Assembly (NCBI GenBank): GCA_032128875.1
Contig: JAVLKG010000010.1
Location: 160,996-224,995, forward strand
Source of the DNA: Candidatus Melainabacteria bacterium 17Bon1m
GTDB taxonomy: Bacteria; Cyanobacteriota; Vampirovibrionia; Obscuribacterales; Obscuribacteraceae
Direction: 5' to 3'
Length of the DNA: 64,000 bases
The notes beneath the pieces are model-generated. The model was not told the origin of the DNA and made no database searches. It saw only the letters and a list, made by a program, of their open reading frames with translations. Positions 30,901 through 39,254 of the stretch are shown here, in pieces (position 1 is the first letter of the stretch; each line of letters opens with the position of its first letter). Both the position numbers and the translations under genes were made by a program.

Positions 30901-32778
30901 GACGTTGTCCGCAACGATGCAAATGCTCCTAAAGCCACAGACCAGAATCAAATTGTTCAAAATCAACTCGGTCTTCAAAACCAGATCGCGCAAAACAACA
31001 TCGGACAAATTGGCAAATCAAACGAACAGGTCGTTGGTCATAACGTCAAAGCAACGCCTGATTGCCCAGTTCCTGGACAAAGAAATATCGATGCTAAGGT
31101 CGATCAAGTTGTCGCAGACATCCTCAATCATGTTCGCAACAACAGCAATGTGAGAAGCGATCAGCATGCCGGAGCAAAAGCGCTCAACTCGTTGGATCAG
31201 CCTAACAACGCCGGCAATCAGCAGATCGATCCTAGAGTTCTACTCGATGCGGCTGCCGTGCGTCGAATTTTGGATGGACAGGGTATTACACTCAGTCCAA
31301 CAGCACTCAATACAATCATGGAGGGAATCCAGCCGACAGGTGATCATGCAGCTGACTATGCGCTGCCGAGCATCGGGTCGCTCAACCTCAGCCAAATTAT
31401 CAGCTTGGGTGAGCGTTTACAGGAAGCAGTAGCGGGCGCAGGAAGTGAAACTTCAGAACCGCAACCGAAACCCCAGCTTCAACAACACAGAACAAAATAC
31501 CTCGTCAAAGAAGGAGACACACTCGAATCAATCGCGCAAGAAAAACTCGGCGATGCGCGACTTGTCCAACTGCTTATTACCATCAACCGCGCTCTAGTCA
31601 ACTACAGACTGGAAGATGAGAAGAAAGTTGCATACGTTGTGCCGAATCAGTATATGTGGTTGCCGACGGACCACGAACTGGATGTTCACAAAAAGAACTT
31701 CTTCGGCAAGCACGGAAAAGATGGCTCGATTGCAATTGCTATCAATTCCAAGCAAAACACACCTATCATTCCGCCAGTCAGCTTCGACCACACTAAAGAA
31801 GTTTCAGCCGAAGTCTCTGCCAGCATGCAAGATTTCCGTCCAGCTTCCAGCCCTTCCAATCCGCTTTCAGGCAATCGCATGTCTGCGGGCTACGAAGTGA
31901 AGAAGGTTGTGCCGAAGGCGGGCTCGGAAGGCGGTTCTAGTAGTGGTTCTATTAGTGGTTCCAACCGTGGCTTCAACAGTGTTTCCACTAATGGTTCCAA
32001 TAGTGGTCCAATCAGCCAATCCGGCGGCGCAAAGATGGCAGGCAATCTTGACAGACTGCGCCATGCGGGGGACAGAAAGAGCATAAATCTCGACGAAATC
32101 GAATATGTATCGACTCAAGTGAGCCACCGCCAATGCTACCAAGTACGTGAAGGCGAATCATTGATGTCGATTGCCGCTTCTCTCGAGTCGATGGGACACA
32201 TCAGCATGTGGAAGCTGCTGGCAAAAATCAACGGTTTCCAATTCGAAGAAGGTGGTCTCGGCAAGGCGATCGACTTGCATGTTGGTCAATTCATTGTTCT
32301 GCCGACTACGGAAGAACTCAATGAATATAAGCTTTTGGAAAAGTTGACTTCAACCTCGAAGTCGGCAGCCTCGAATGCAGGTGCAATAGAAAATGCATTC
32401 ATCTGCGTTCAGCAGCAAAAGCAAGTCCCAACACCACCGCCTCCTGCCCTCGTAGCTCTGGCACAAGGTGTCGGCGGTTTGACCACAGTGCAAAAACTTT
32501 CGAACTACACTCGTCTCGTTTTCAACGACCTTCCTCAACTGGAAAACTGCTTCAGCATCACGGTTGAAGCACGCTGGAACGGTCAGTGGAAGCCAATGGC
32601 TGCTTACGAATGCCGTCACGGGCAAACCACACGCCACCTGTACAACAAGAATGGCGAGGTCAAATCTATGGACCTCGACTTGCCACCGTACGTGGTGAAA
32701 GAGATGGCGAGAGAAGATTTTGCACGCAACTGGAATGCTTACGTGAACATCTTCATGGGAAATGTAGCAAGCGTGTAA
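27931..32778 (+). CDS. 1615-aa protein: low-complexity N-terminus, LysM-LysM-conserved terminal domain (no Zn ribbon)
   Basis: LysM motifs YLVKEGDTLESIA and YQVREGESLMSIA. Terminal ...DLPPYVVKEMAREDFARNWNAYVNIF matches the paralogs. Confidence 0.9.
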   Translation: MDSVLSSNTNEQVVGKNGQGSPENPDKEHDGDFDESHQRLLFGGTSAPAGDAQNESTIAAAPKPGQPVSRARESTDDLNLVAISGITANGKADVKPITPTYEVSPSNPLPALAKTGVATTVSLQTPTTDNAVPSGRRSGATDKIAVQLTEDATPKPIISQEIRLDQLDKDTKHRVVAASVNSLFERLGQPVPTGQGDDNARPIVSPATASRKANGSGDAQVFSSNSPATIASGQAEARLPINQPVSSTKAALDSLIPAKPAVEVKEINAPASRITTDVRATGNVIQSPLSEPISTTAGARVKSIAEPTGDNCPVLPRVIGRQIVENTGTQLPPGTIAGDLVGVNRAATSNRALIPDQPLTAPKYPTPVETSIARAKSIDTYAGVPTPAVPDLTGQRPAGTTTPEKLIGDNRLPVVKPTGVINETGVLPTVISGKDGAVIVPSPAGERDVRRNVLNILPAVTEQVAVQLAPQVKAGLRTNADGTPVKVEGPLPMPVPGPSNKIEAPQTAQPAARVDIPLPGVEIKVVGSTVTITGPKSEVQPILQNPATAKPEVTGRVQDGIKPASPLETVNQTVGTTAARVILQNAEQLLQPNNSLPRTEIPANVVRNGDQINPPSTPGARHGELPTGVKTPDGTVVDRTGKPIEPGATTDRTGAKISDNPNATPGTTNGAIQGTIPGADRGLPTDKSLPRATDPTIATDKGIPKAVDGRPGDVARSGEQTVPGVRSGEQAVPGARNGEQAVPGARNGEQTAPGARNGEQTAPGARNGEQTTPGARSSESTRTADGTVKTSSEAMARKDDSAFKTADAMPKPVESGMKSGESNTRVVESTSKVSESGSKVVADVQVKANGEAVATNKPIELAGKVASEIASAQKVQDGQVKSADVVLKGTDVAGRSIEANIKAQDLSANNGQPILNDKNVRLSDVIVRAAEQAIIKGAEINQTAKLDSNVRVSEQNVQNSHLAQNLQNLQNIQNVQNVNPVIANQQQNKNDVVRNDANAPKATDQNQIVQNQLGLQNQIAQNNIGQIGKSNEQVVGHNVKATPDCPVPGQRNIDAKVDQVVADILNHVRNNSNVRSDQHAGAKALNSLDQPNNAGNQQIDPRVLLDAAAVRRILDGQGITLSPTALNTIMEGIQPTGDHAADYALPSIGSLNLSQIISLGERLQEAVAGAGSETSEPQPKPQLQQHRTKYLVKEGDTLESIAQEKLGDARLVQLLITINRALVNYRLEDEKKVAYVVPNQYMWLPTDHELDVHKKNFFGKHGKDGSIAIAINSKQNTPIIPPVSFDHTKEVSAEVSASMQDFRPASSPSNPLSGNRMSAGYEVKKVVPKAGSEGGSSSGSISGSNRGFNSVSTNGSNSGPISQSGGAKMAGNLDRLRHAGDRKSINLDEIEYVSTQVSHRQCYQVREGESLMSIAASLESMGHISMWKLLAKINGFQFEEGGLGKAIDLHVGQFIVLPTTEELNEYKLLEKLTSTSKSAASNAGAIENAFICVQQQKQVPTPPPPALVALAQGVGGLTTVQKLSNYTRLVFNDLPQLENCFSITVEARWNGQWKPMAAYECRHGQTTRHLYNKNGEVKSMDLDLPPYVVKEMAREDFARNWNAYVNIFMGNVASV
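30073..30252 (+). repeat. Coding 30-bp tandem repeat x6 (ARNGEQTAPG-like)
   Basis: Six near-identical units, e.g. GCTCGCAATGGAGAACAAACCGCTCCTGGC. Confidence 0.9.
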
Positions 32779-32792
32779 ATCGGCGGCGTGAA

Positions 32793-32855
32793 GGCGCGTT
32801 GCGCGGTGGCGCGTTGCGCGGTGGCGCGTTGCGTGGGGGCGCATTGCATGCGCCC
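32793..32855. repeat. Intergenic 15-bp tandem repeat (GGCGCGTTGCGCGGT x3) ending in REP-like palindrome GGGCGCATTGCATGCGCCC
   Basis: Read directly from the sequence; lies between convergent stop codons. The third unit is imperfect. Confidence 0.75.
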
Positions 32856-32880
32856 GAATCCAGAGATCCGGCACACCGAA

Positions 32881-33900
32881 TTAGTCTCGAATCACGTTAT
32901 CGCTCTCAATCCCTAATGCCAGATCAATCTTCTCGATCACTTCGGGAAGCATAATTCGATGCATGCATTCACCGGGACCATCGGGTCGAGCGACCTGACA
33001 GAACTTAGCGCCGTGACAGCGGCATGCCTTGCTCTGGTCAATGGTCATGACTGAGTACCCGTATGGTCCGCTGCGCTCTGGATATGTAGCACCGTACAAA
33101 CCAATTACCGGGGTGCCAACTGCGACAGCCAAGTGAGCAGGACCGGTATCGCCGGAGATGGCAAAAATGCAACGCCTCAACACTGCGGCTGTTTCCGAAA
33201 GAGACAGCTGTCCTGCTACGTTGACGCAAACGTTGCCAGTTTCTTCGTTGATGCTCCGGCAAAGGTCGGCATCGTCTTCACCACCGACAAGCAGCAATCT
33301 ATATTGTTTTCTCTCAGTGAGGTTTCTTATCAGATATATCCAACCGTCGCGGAGCCAGGCTCTATGGGGACGATACTTTCCGACTCCCGGCACCAAGGCG
33401 ATAAGAGGTTGAGCGGAATAATTTCCGTCCGCATTCAGCTTATCCAAAACATCAGAGGCGAGCGCCTCCGGAAATATCGATGGAAAAAGAGGGTCAGGCA
33501 TTTCCGGGCAAAGGTGCCTGATGGTAGCCAAAAAGTTATCTACAGCATGCATCATCTGGTGTCCGTCCGTCTTTTGCTTCTCGTAGCGAACAATAGGGAC
33601 GCGAGTAAACCATGGCAAAAATTTCAATCTGCCCGAATTCGAAAGATCGACAAAAAGATCGGGCTTCATCGCCTCGATTTGTTTGACCATTTGGAAAAAA
33701 CCCACGTCTTTCGAGAAATCTATAAATTCATCGACGTGCGGGTTCAAACCAAGCAAAAGCTGGCGCAGTACCGGATGAGACCAATATGTGATCTTGGCTC
33801 CGGGATAATTTAGCTTCAACGCAGCTGCCACAGGAGTTGCTAACATAGCATCACCGATAGCGGCTGGGTGCAGGATGACTATATTTCCGAAACTGAGCAT
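32881..33900 (-). CDS. Glycosyltransferase family 9 (heptosyltransferase-like)
   Basis: AAIGDAMLATP and ISGDTGPAHLAVAVGTPVIGLYG motifs. Confidence 0.9.
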   Translation of the reverse strand: MLSFGNIVILHPAAIGDAMLATPVAAALKLNYPGAKITYWSHPVLRQLLLGLNPHVDEFIDFSKDVGFFQMVKQIEAMKPDLFVDLSNSGRLKFLPWFTRVPIVRYEKQKTDGHQMMHAVDNFLATIRHLCPEMPDPLFPSIFPEALASDVLDKLNADGNYSAQPLIALVPGVGKYRPHRAWLRDGWIYLIRNLTERKQYRLLLVGGEDDADLCRSINEETGNVCVNVAGQLSLSETAAVLRRCIFAISGDTGPAHLAVAVGTPVIGLYGATYPERSGPYGYSVMTIDQSKACRCHGAKFCQVARPDGPGECMHRIMLPEVIEKIDLALGIESDNVIRD

Positions 33901-33953
33901 TATTGGCTAGGCTTCACTGGACTTTATTGCAACATGAATTATCATAGATAACT

Positions 33954-34262
33954 ATGAACAACGATGGATACTTTGTACTGGGGTGGCCCCAACCGAGCGG
34001 AAAGATTGCAATTCTTTGTCGTTCGAAGGGAGCCAACGGCGGACCAGCGCTATGTTATACGAAACGAGAAGCAATGCAGTTGCGTACTCGGTTGGCAAAC
34101 GACCCACGTGGGGAAGATAATCCTACCGCCCGACGAATCATACAAAAGCTTTTCGTCTACAGATATATACTTCGCAAGCCGTTGAGCTGGCGCCCCGGCG
34201 ACTTGTGGGTTTATTTAGATCCCACTTATCTTGAGCCGGCTGAAGCAGTCTTTAGCTTGTAA
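33954..34262 (+). CDS. Hypothetical protein (102 aa)
   Basis: ATG-started ORF filling the gap divergent from the GT9 gene; no family recognised. Confidence 0.65.
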   Translation: MNNDGYFVLGWPQPSGKIAILCRSKGANGGPALCYTKREAMQLRTRLANDPRGEDNPTARRIIQKLFVYRYILRKPLSWRPGDLWVYLDPTYLEPAEAVFSL

Positions 34263-34385
34263 GTCTTTTACATTCCGAATTACTTAGCCCGTCCTTAACC
34301 TCAGGACTGCTATTTATTTGCTTGTGATAAGCAACTTCCGAGATTTCCGAACTGGGTCTAGCCAGTCGGTAGAGGCAAACCTGAG

Positions 34386-35423
34386 ATGACTCTGGACGTC
34401 GATACAGCAATCGCAATTCTGGCGATTGCACTTGCGCTCGGGTTCGACTTCGTCAACGGTTTCCATGACACAGCCAACGCGGTAGCTACGGTTATATATA
34501 CAAAGGCGCTCAAGCCAGGCGTAGCCATCGTTATGAGTGGCATTCTGAACTTCCTGGGCGCGCTCATTGTCGGAACCGCTGTCGCGCAAGTCATCACAAA
34601 GATCATTCCGCAGGACGCCGTGACCCTGTCAATAGTTGTTGCCGTGCTCGTCGCAGCGGTGATGTGGAACGTAATCACCTGGTGGTTCGGTATTCCCGTA
34701 AGTTCTTCCCACTGCCTGATCGGCAGTTTGTTCGGCGCCGGTGTCACCGCCGCTGGTGTGAAAGGGGTGGACACCCATGAGCTGTACAAAGTCTTGATGG
34801 CCCTACTAATTTCGCCGCTGACCGGCTTTGTCGCCGGTATGGTCTTCACCTGGCTCGCTTTGCAACTTTCGAAAGACAAAGAAGATCCAGGAAGCAGCGC
34901 GCAGCATCACCCAAAACTGATGCGCTGGTTGCATATTCTTTCGAGCGCCTCAGTGAGTTTTAGCCACGGCAGCAATGACGGGCAAAAAACAATGGGCATT
35001 ATCACGCTCATTCTCGCGACTCACTTTGCTAAATACGGATACACCATTGGAGATGTTCCGCTCTGGGTGAAAGCTTCGGCAGCGACCGCTATCGCGCTTG
35101 GAACGGTGATCGGCGGTTGGCGCGTTATCCGCACGGTCGGTACAAAGATAAGCCGTGAAAGGTTGAGCCATGCGCAAGGCTTCGGAGCCTCCATGAGCAC
35201 CGCAATGATTATCATGATCGCGTCGGCAATCGGTGCACCAATCAGCACAACTCACACCTTGAGTTCTGCCGTCGCCGGCGGTACGATTCCAATGCACGGA
35301 GCTGAAAAGCTCAACCCGAAGACCCTCAAATTAATCGTCTTGGCTTGGGTTCTTACCCTGCCCGTTGCCGCGACACTGGCAGCAGTGAGTTATCTTTTGA
35401 TCAGGGCAGTTTGGAAGGGGTAG
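34386..35423 (+). CDS. pit: PiT-family inorganic phosphate transporter
   Basis: Signatures NGFHDTANAVAT, HGSNDGQKTMG and PISTTH; multiple TM segments. Confidence 0.95.
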   Translation: MTLDVDTAIAILAIALALGFDFVNGFHDTANAVATVIYTKALKPGVAIVMSGILNFLGALIVGTAVAQVITKIIPQDAVTLSIVVAVLVAAVMWNVITWWFGIPVSSSHCLIGSLFGAGVTAAGVKGVDTHELYKVLMALLISPLTGFVAGMVFTWLALQLSKDKEDPGSSAQHHPKLMRWLHILSSASVSFSHGSNDGQKTMGIITLILATHFAKYGYTIGDVPLWVKASAATAIALGTVIGGWRVIRTVGTKISRERLSHAQGFGASMSTAMIIMIASAIGAPISTTHTLSSAVAGGTIPMHGAEKLNPKTLKLIVLAWVLTLPVAATLAAVSYLLIRAVWKG

Positions 35424-35447
35424 AGCGATGACACAGGGAGAGAGAAA

Positions 35448-35906
35448 TTGCGATTCCTAGTCGCTTTTAGCAGTCCCAAACGAAGTGCTCGCACCGTCGA
35501 AGCTGCGGCACGTCACGCCAAAGCGCTCGGCGCCGAAGTCGTGCTCGTCCGCATGGTGCCCGATCCTGAAAAGGTCGGGGTTGTGGCGCAGCTCATTTCC
35601 TCTGACCGTCCGGAGAGCAAAGCAAAGTCGCAAGTAGACACGGTCGTAGCAAGCTTAAAAGAGCAGGGCATCAATGCCACAGGCGAAGTGCGCGTAGGCG
35701 AAGTCGCGATGGGCATCGTGAAGGCTGCAGTAGAGCTGAAAGCCGATTTGCTTTTTGTTGGAACAACAACAATTGGCGCGCAATCACCCACCTTCTTCTT
35801 CATGAAGAAGGACCCGATTGTGCACTACTTGGTGGACCATTCACCTATCTCGCTGGTGTTGATTCGCCACGACGTGATTCCGGATTCTGAGCTAGAAAGC
35901 GAATAG
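35448..35906 (+). CDS. Universal stress protein (UspA family)
   Basis: RFLVAF..., GEVAMGIVKAA...ADLLFVG and PISLVLI pattern; TTG start with GGAG SD. Confidence 0.8.
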   Translation: MRFLVAFSSPKRSARTVEAAARHAKALGAEVVLVRMVPDPEKVGVVAQLISSDRPESKAKSQVDTVVASLKEQGINATGEVRVGEVAMGIVKAAVELKADLLFVGTTTIGAQSPTFFFMKKDPIVHYLVDHSPISLVLIRHDVIPDSELESE

Positions 35907-35918
35907 CTGGCAGATTTT

Positions 35919-38048
35919 TCAGCTCTTTGCGGAAGCTTTGCCCGATTTTTTGCGCGAGTCTCTTTTAGCTTTGGTGGTCTTAGTGGCTTTCATTGCTTTA
36001 ATAGCTTCGAGTGCTTCGGCGACTTTGTCTACTTCGCTAACGGTATCGACTCCGGTGACTACTTCGCTAATCTCGTGTGCGGAGTTGGCTTGATTGCCCT
36101 TATTTGCTCTGGCAGCGTCCTGGCGCTCACGTTCGGCAATGTGAGGTCCAAAAACTTCTTCTAGATTGTTCATGCCATTTAGCGAACGGACTATTCTCAT
36201 GCCCGGTAGACATTCCAAAATCCGCCTGCCATAACCCTTTCCGGTCATCCGCGAATCAAGAATGGAAACAATGCCCACATCTTTCTTGGTGCGAATCAAT
36301 CTGCCGACGCCTTGCTTCAAGCGCATGGTCGCGTGTGGCAGCGCCAATTCGTTAAACCAGCTCCATTCTGCTTCCTGCTTCATCGCTTCGCACTTTGCTT
36401 CGTAAACAGGATCATCAGGCGACTGGAAGGGGATTCGGTCGATGATGACGCAGCTCAGTTGCTCGCCTTCTACCGAGACGCCTTCCCAGAATGTTGAGGT
36501 GCCGAACAACACCGCTTTTGGTGTCTCGCGAAACCAATCCACAAGTTTTTTCCTGGGCATCTCTCCCTGTCGTTTTGCTGGAAAAGGCAGTTGAGGAGCC
36601 AGGTATTCAAAGCTTTGAATGAGTGAAGAACGGCTTGTGAAAAGGACAAACGCGCGACCGTCCGAAAGTTCCAAAATCCTTTCAATCTCATCGCAGGCTT
36701 TCATCAAAAATTCTTTTGTATTCGGCTCAGGCAAATTTCTCGGAAGATATAGCATGGCCTGTTTTTCGAAATCGAACGGGCTGGAAATCTTAGACTGAAT
36801 GACGTGCCCCTGAATGCCGCATGAGCGCTTGAAAAACGAAAATGGATCTTCGCCACCGGTAGCCAGTGTCGCTGACATCCACACTGATGATGAAAGACCG
36901 GCCTTATCGATCACGTGGTCGTGAATATAGCCGGATACATCTAAAGGTGCTGCAACCACTTCTACCTTTGAGAAGTTGTTGTCGCCCTTCTCAATCCACA
37001 ATACCCAGTTTGGATCAGGCTTTGCCATTAGTTCCAAACAATTGATATATCCAGCGAGCGTAGAGATGATAGCCTTTGCTTTTAGTCGAGCACGTTCTCG
37101 TTCTTGCCCAACATCAAGAACCCCCTCGAATGTTTCGTCTTCCAACCAATTCTTCAATTGCTTCAGAGTTAGGGCAAACTCGTGAGCCCCGTCAATTGGC
37201 TCACGGATACGGGTTTTCAATGCGGGAAACGCAAACGCAAGGCGGTGGAAAAACTCAGTCGACTCCAACTCGAGTTCTCGAATCAATCCGAGCGGTGCCT
37301 GAACTCTTTTTAGAGCTTTCGACGCAGCCATTCTGACACCACGATTGCTGATGCCATTGCTAAAAACATCAGTCGCCACATTCGGCAAGTGATGAGCTTC
37401 GTCGACAATCAGCAAATCGTATTGAGGAAGGATGCTTCCATGCGATGCTGCATCGGTAAGCAATAATGCGTGGTTGACTACGAGAATATCGGCTTTCTCT
37501 GCGCGGCGACGCGCCTCGAAGTAAAAGCACTCGCCGAATTTGGGACAGCGATTGCGAAAACAATCGTCAGAATCCGAGTTTACCTCTGTCCAGACATCGT
37601 ATGGTGGCACGAAGTCCAACTCGGACATATCACCAGTTTCGGTATCATGAACCCAATCGACAAATTCTTCATCGATGGCTTGTTCCAAAAGATGATCTTC
37701 GAAGCGTCGCAATCCAAGGTAGTTTCCACGCCCCTTCATGAGGGCTGCTTCAAAGTGGAAAGGCAATATCGCCTTGAGAGCCGGAATATCTTTGTTGATA
37801 TATTGCTCTTGCAGGGCAATTGTAGCGGTCGAAACCACAACTTTTTTACCGGACAAAATCGCCGGTATCAGAGCCGCAAAACTTTTCCCAATGCCGGTGC
37901 CGGCCTCAAAAAGCCCCGTCTGTTGCGTTTGAAAGGTGCGTTCTATCGCATGCGCAAGCTCAATCTGCTGCGGCCTATGCTCGTACGAGGATAGCCTCTC
38001 ATTGAGAAGGGCGAGTACGTCCTCTGTCGTGAGCGTTGAGCGTGACAA
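35919..38048 (-). CDS. DinG/YoaA-family ATP-dependent DNA helicase
   Basis: EAGTGIGKS, STATIALQEQ, KGRGNY, VNHALL, DEAHH, SATL, FWEGV and QGVGRLIR motifs. Confidence 0.95.
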   Translation of the reverse strand: MSRSTLTTEDVLALLNERLSSYEHRPQQIELAHAIERTFQTQQTGLFEAGTGIGKSFAALIPAILSGKKVVVSTATIALQEQYINKDIPALKAILPFHFEAALMKGRGNYLGLRRFEDHLLEQAIDEEFVDWVHDTETGDMSELDFVPPYDVWTEVNSDSDDCFRNRCPKFGECFYFEARRRAEKADILVVNHALLLTDAASHGSILPQYDLLIVDEAHHLPNVATDVFSNGISNRGVRMAASKALKRVQAPLGLIRELELESTEFFHRLAFAFPALKTRIREPIDGAHEFALTLKQLKNWLEDETFEGVLDVGQERERARLKAKAIISTLAGYINCLELMAKPDPNWVLWIEKGDNNFSKVEVVAAPLDVSGYIHDHVIDKAGLSSSVWMSATLATGGEDPFSFFKRSCGIQGHVIQSKISSPFDFEKQAMLYLPRNLPEPNTKEFLMKACDEIERILELSDGRAFVLFTSRSSLIQSFEYLAPQLPFPAKRQGEMPRKKLVDWFRETPKAVLFGTSTFWEGVSVEGEQLSCVIIDRIPFQSPDDPVYEAKCEAMKQEAEWSWFNELALPHATMRLKQGVGRLIRTKKDVGIVSILDSRMTGKGYGRRILECLPGMRIVRSLNGMNNLEEVFGPHIAERERQDAARANKGNQANSAHEISEVVTGVDTVSEVDKVAEALEAIKAMKATKTTKAKRDSRKKSGKASAKS

Positions 38049-38075
38049 TTCCTCTTCAATCCTACGGTAAGCGAA

Positions 38076-38813
38076 CTATTGAATAGGATTGCTTGTTGTC
38101 GCTGCTACTTGGCTGTTTACGCGGTGATATTCCGGAAGGGTGATTTTTTGTCCGAGGCTGAGCACGTTTGCGTTACGCATGCCATTAGCGCGGCAGATTT
38201 CATCCAACAAGCGCGGGCTGGCGTGCTTGTAATTGCGCAGTGCAATCACAGCAAGGGTGTCGCCACTTTGAACTTCATATGTTGACGCCAAAGGAACAAT
38301 GACGTCAGCACCAGCAGCAGCTGGCGCAGCAGTTTGAGGGGCACCGGCTTGTTGACCAGCTTGCTGCCCTTGAGCCATGACGATCTTATTCTGTGAGCCG
38401 CTGCCGGCGTTTGCCACTACAGACGACACTGTGGAAAATCCCCACACGCCTAACATGGACATGATTGCTCCGCCCATGAAGCCGATCGTCAAGTAAAAGC
38501 TCGGTCCTCTCTTCGACGTGCTGGCAGTGCGCTCAAAATCATGATGCACTCCCGGCCAAAGAGCTTCTAAAACATCTGAATGCTGTTCTTCAGTTTCCAC
38601 GATTGGTGAACGCTCCCATCTTTCGAAACTTCCTGAGGAAGTGATATTTGCCGAAGGATTAAGCGACGGCATTGCATTGGAGACGTCCTTCTTGAAGCCA
38701 GGTTCCTCGCGTGTGTACTCGGGAAGCGGCTCGATTTCAATTGTGTCTCTTTCGCGACTGGCTACTGTAGTCATCACATTTGCACCAAGGTTTTGCCTAA
38801 AAATGTCTGACAC
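38076..38813 (-). CDS. Single-TM protein with C-terminal LysM domain
   Basis: TM FYLTIGFMGGAIMSMLGVWGF; LysM YEVQSGDTLAVIA...LSLGQKITLP. Confidence 0.85.
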   Translation of the reverse strand: MSDIFRQNLGANVMTTVASRERDTIEIEPLPEYTREEPGFKKDVSNAMPSLNPSANITSSGSFERWERSPIVETEEQHSDVLEALWPGVHHDFERTASTSKRGPSFYLTIGFMGGAIMSMLGVWGFSTVSSVVANAGSGSQNKIVMAQGQQAGQQAGAPQTAAPAAAGADVIVPLASTYEVQSGDTLAVIALRNYKHASPRLLDEICRANGMRNANVLSLGQKITLPEYHRVNSQVAATTSNPIQ

Positions 38814-39254
38814 TGGGAATTCCTAAATGACTGACAATGCATCTTATCGGAATTTGACGCAAGAAGTCAAACATCTTCACTAAGTCTCAAGATTCCCGCC
38901 AGGGTTGATGTTGCGGAATTTTACAACCTCCCAAATTGCGTGCCCAGACAAGGAAAAGCGCCTTGGTTGGCTAGACACATTAATTAAATGACAACCTTCT
39001 GCAAAAGTAGATTAAACGGAGGTCGTTCAGCAGTCTATGATTTCACAATTGCGTAACCACAGATGGTGGCAGCGAAATTGCTCCGCTGGTCAGCGATTGA
39101 GCGCTCTTGAAAACCCGGATCGCACATATTGGAGTGCGAAACGCTGCATATCGGTTTCATATTAACGACTGTTCAGATTCTGCGCGGCGGTTTCTTGACT
39201 TCGCAAAAATTTTCATACTTCTTCCAAGTTCGCTTGGCAACCACCCCTGAATTT

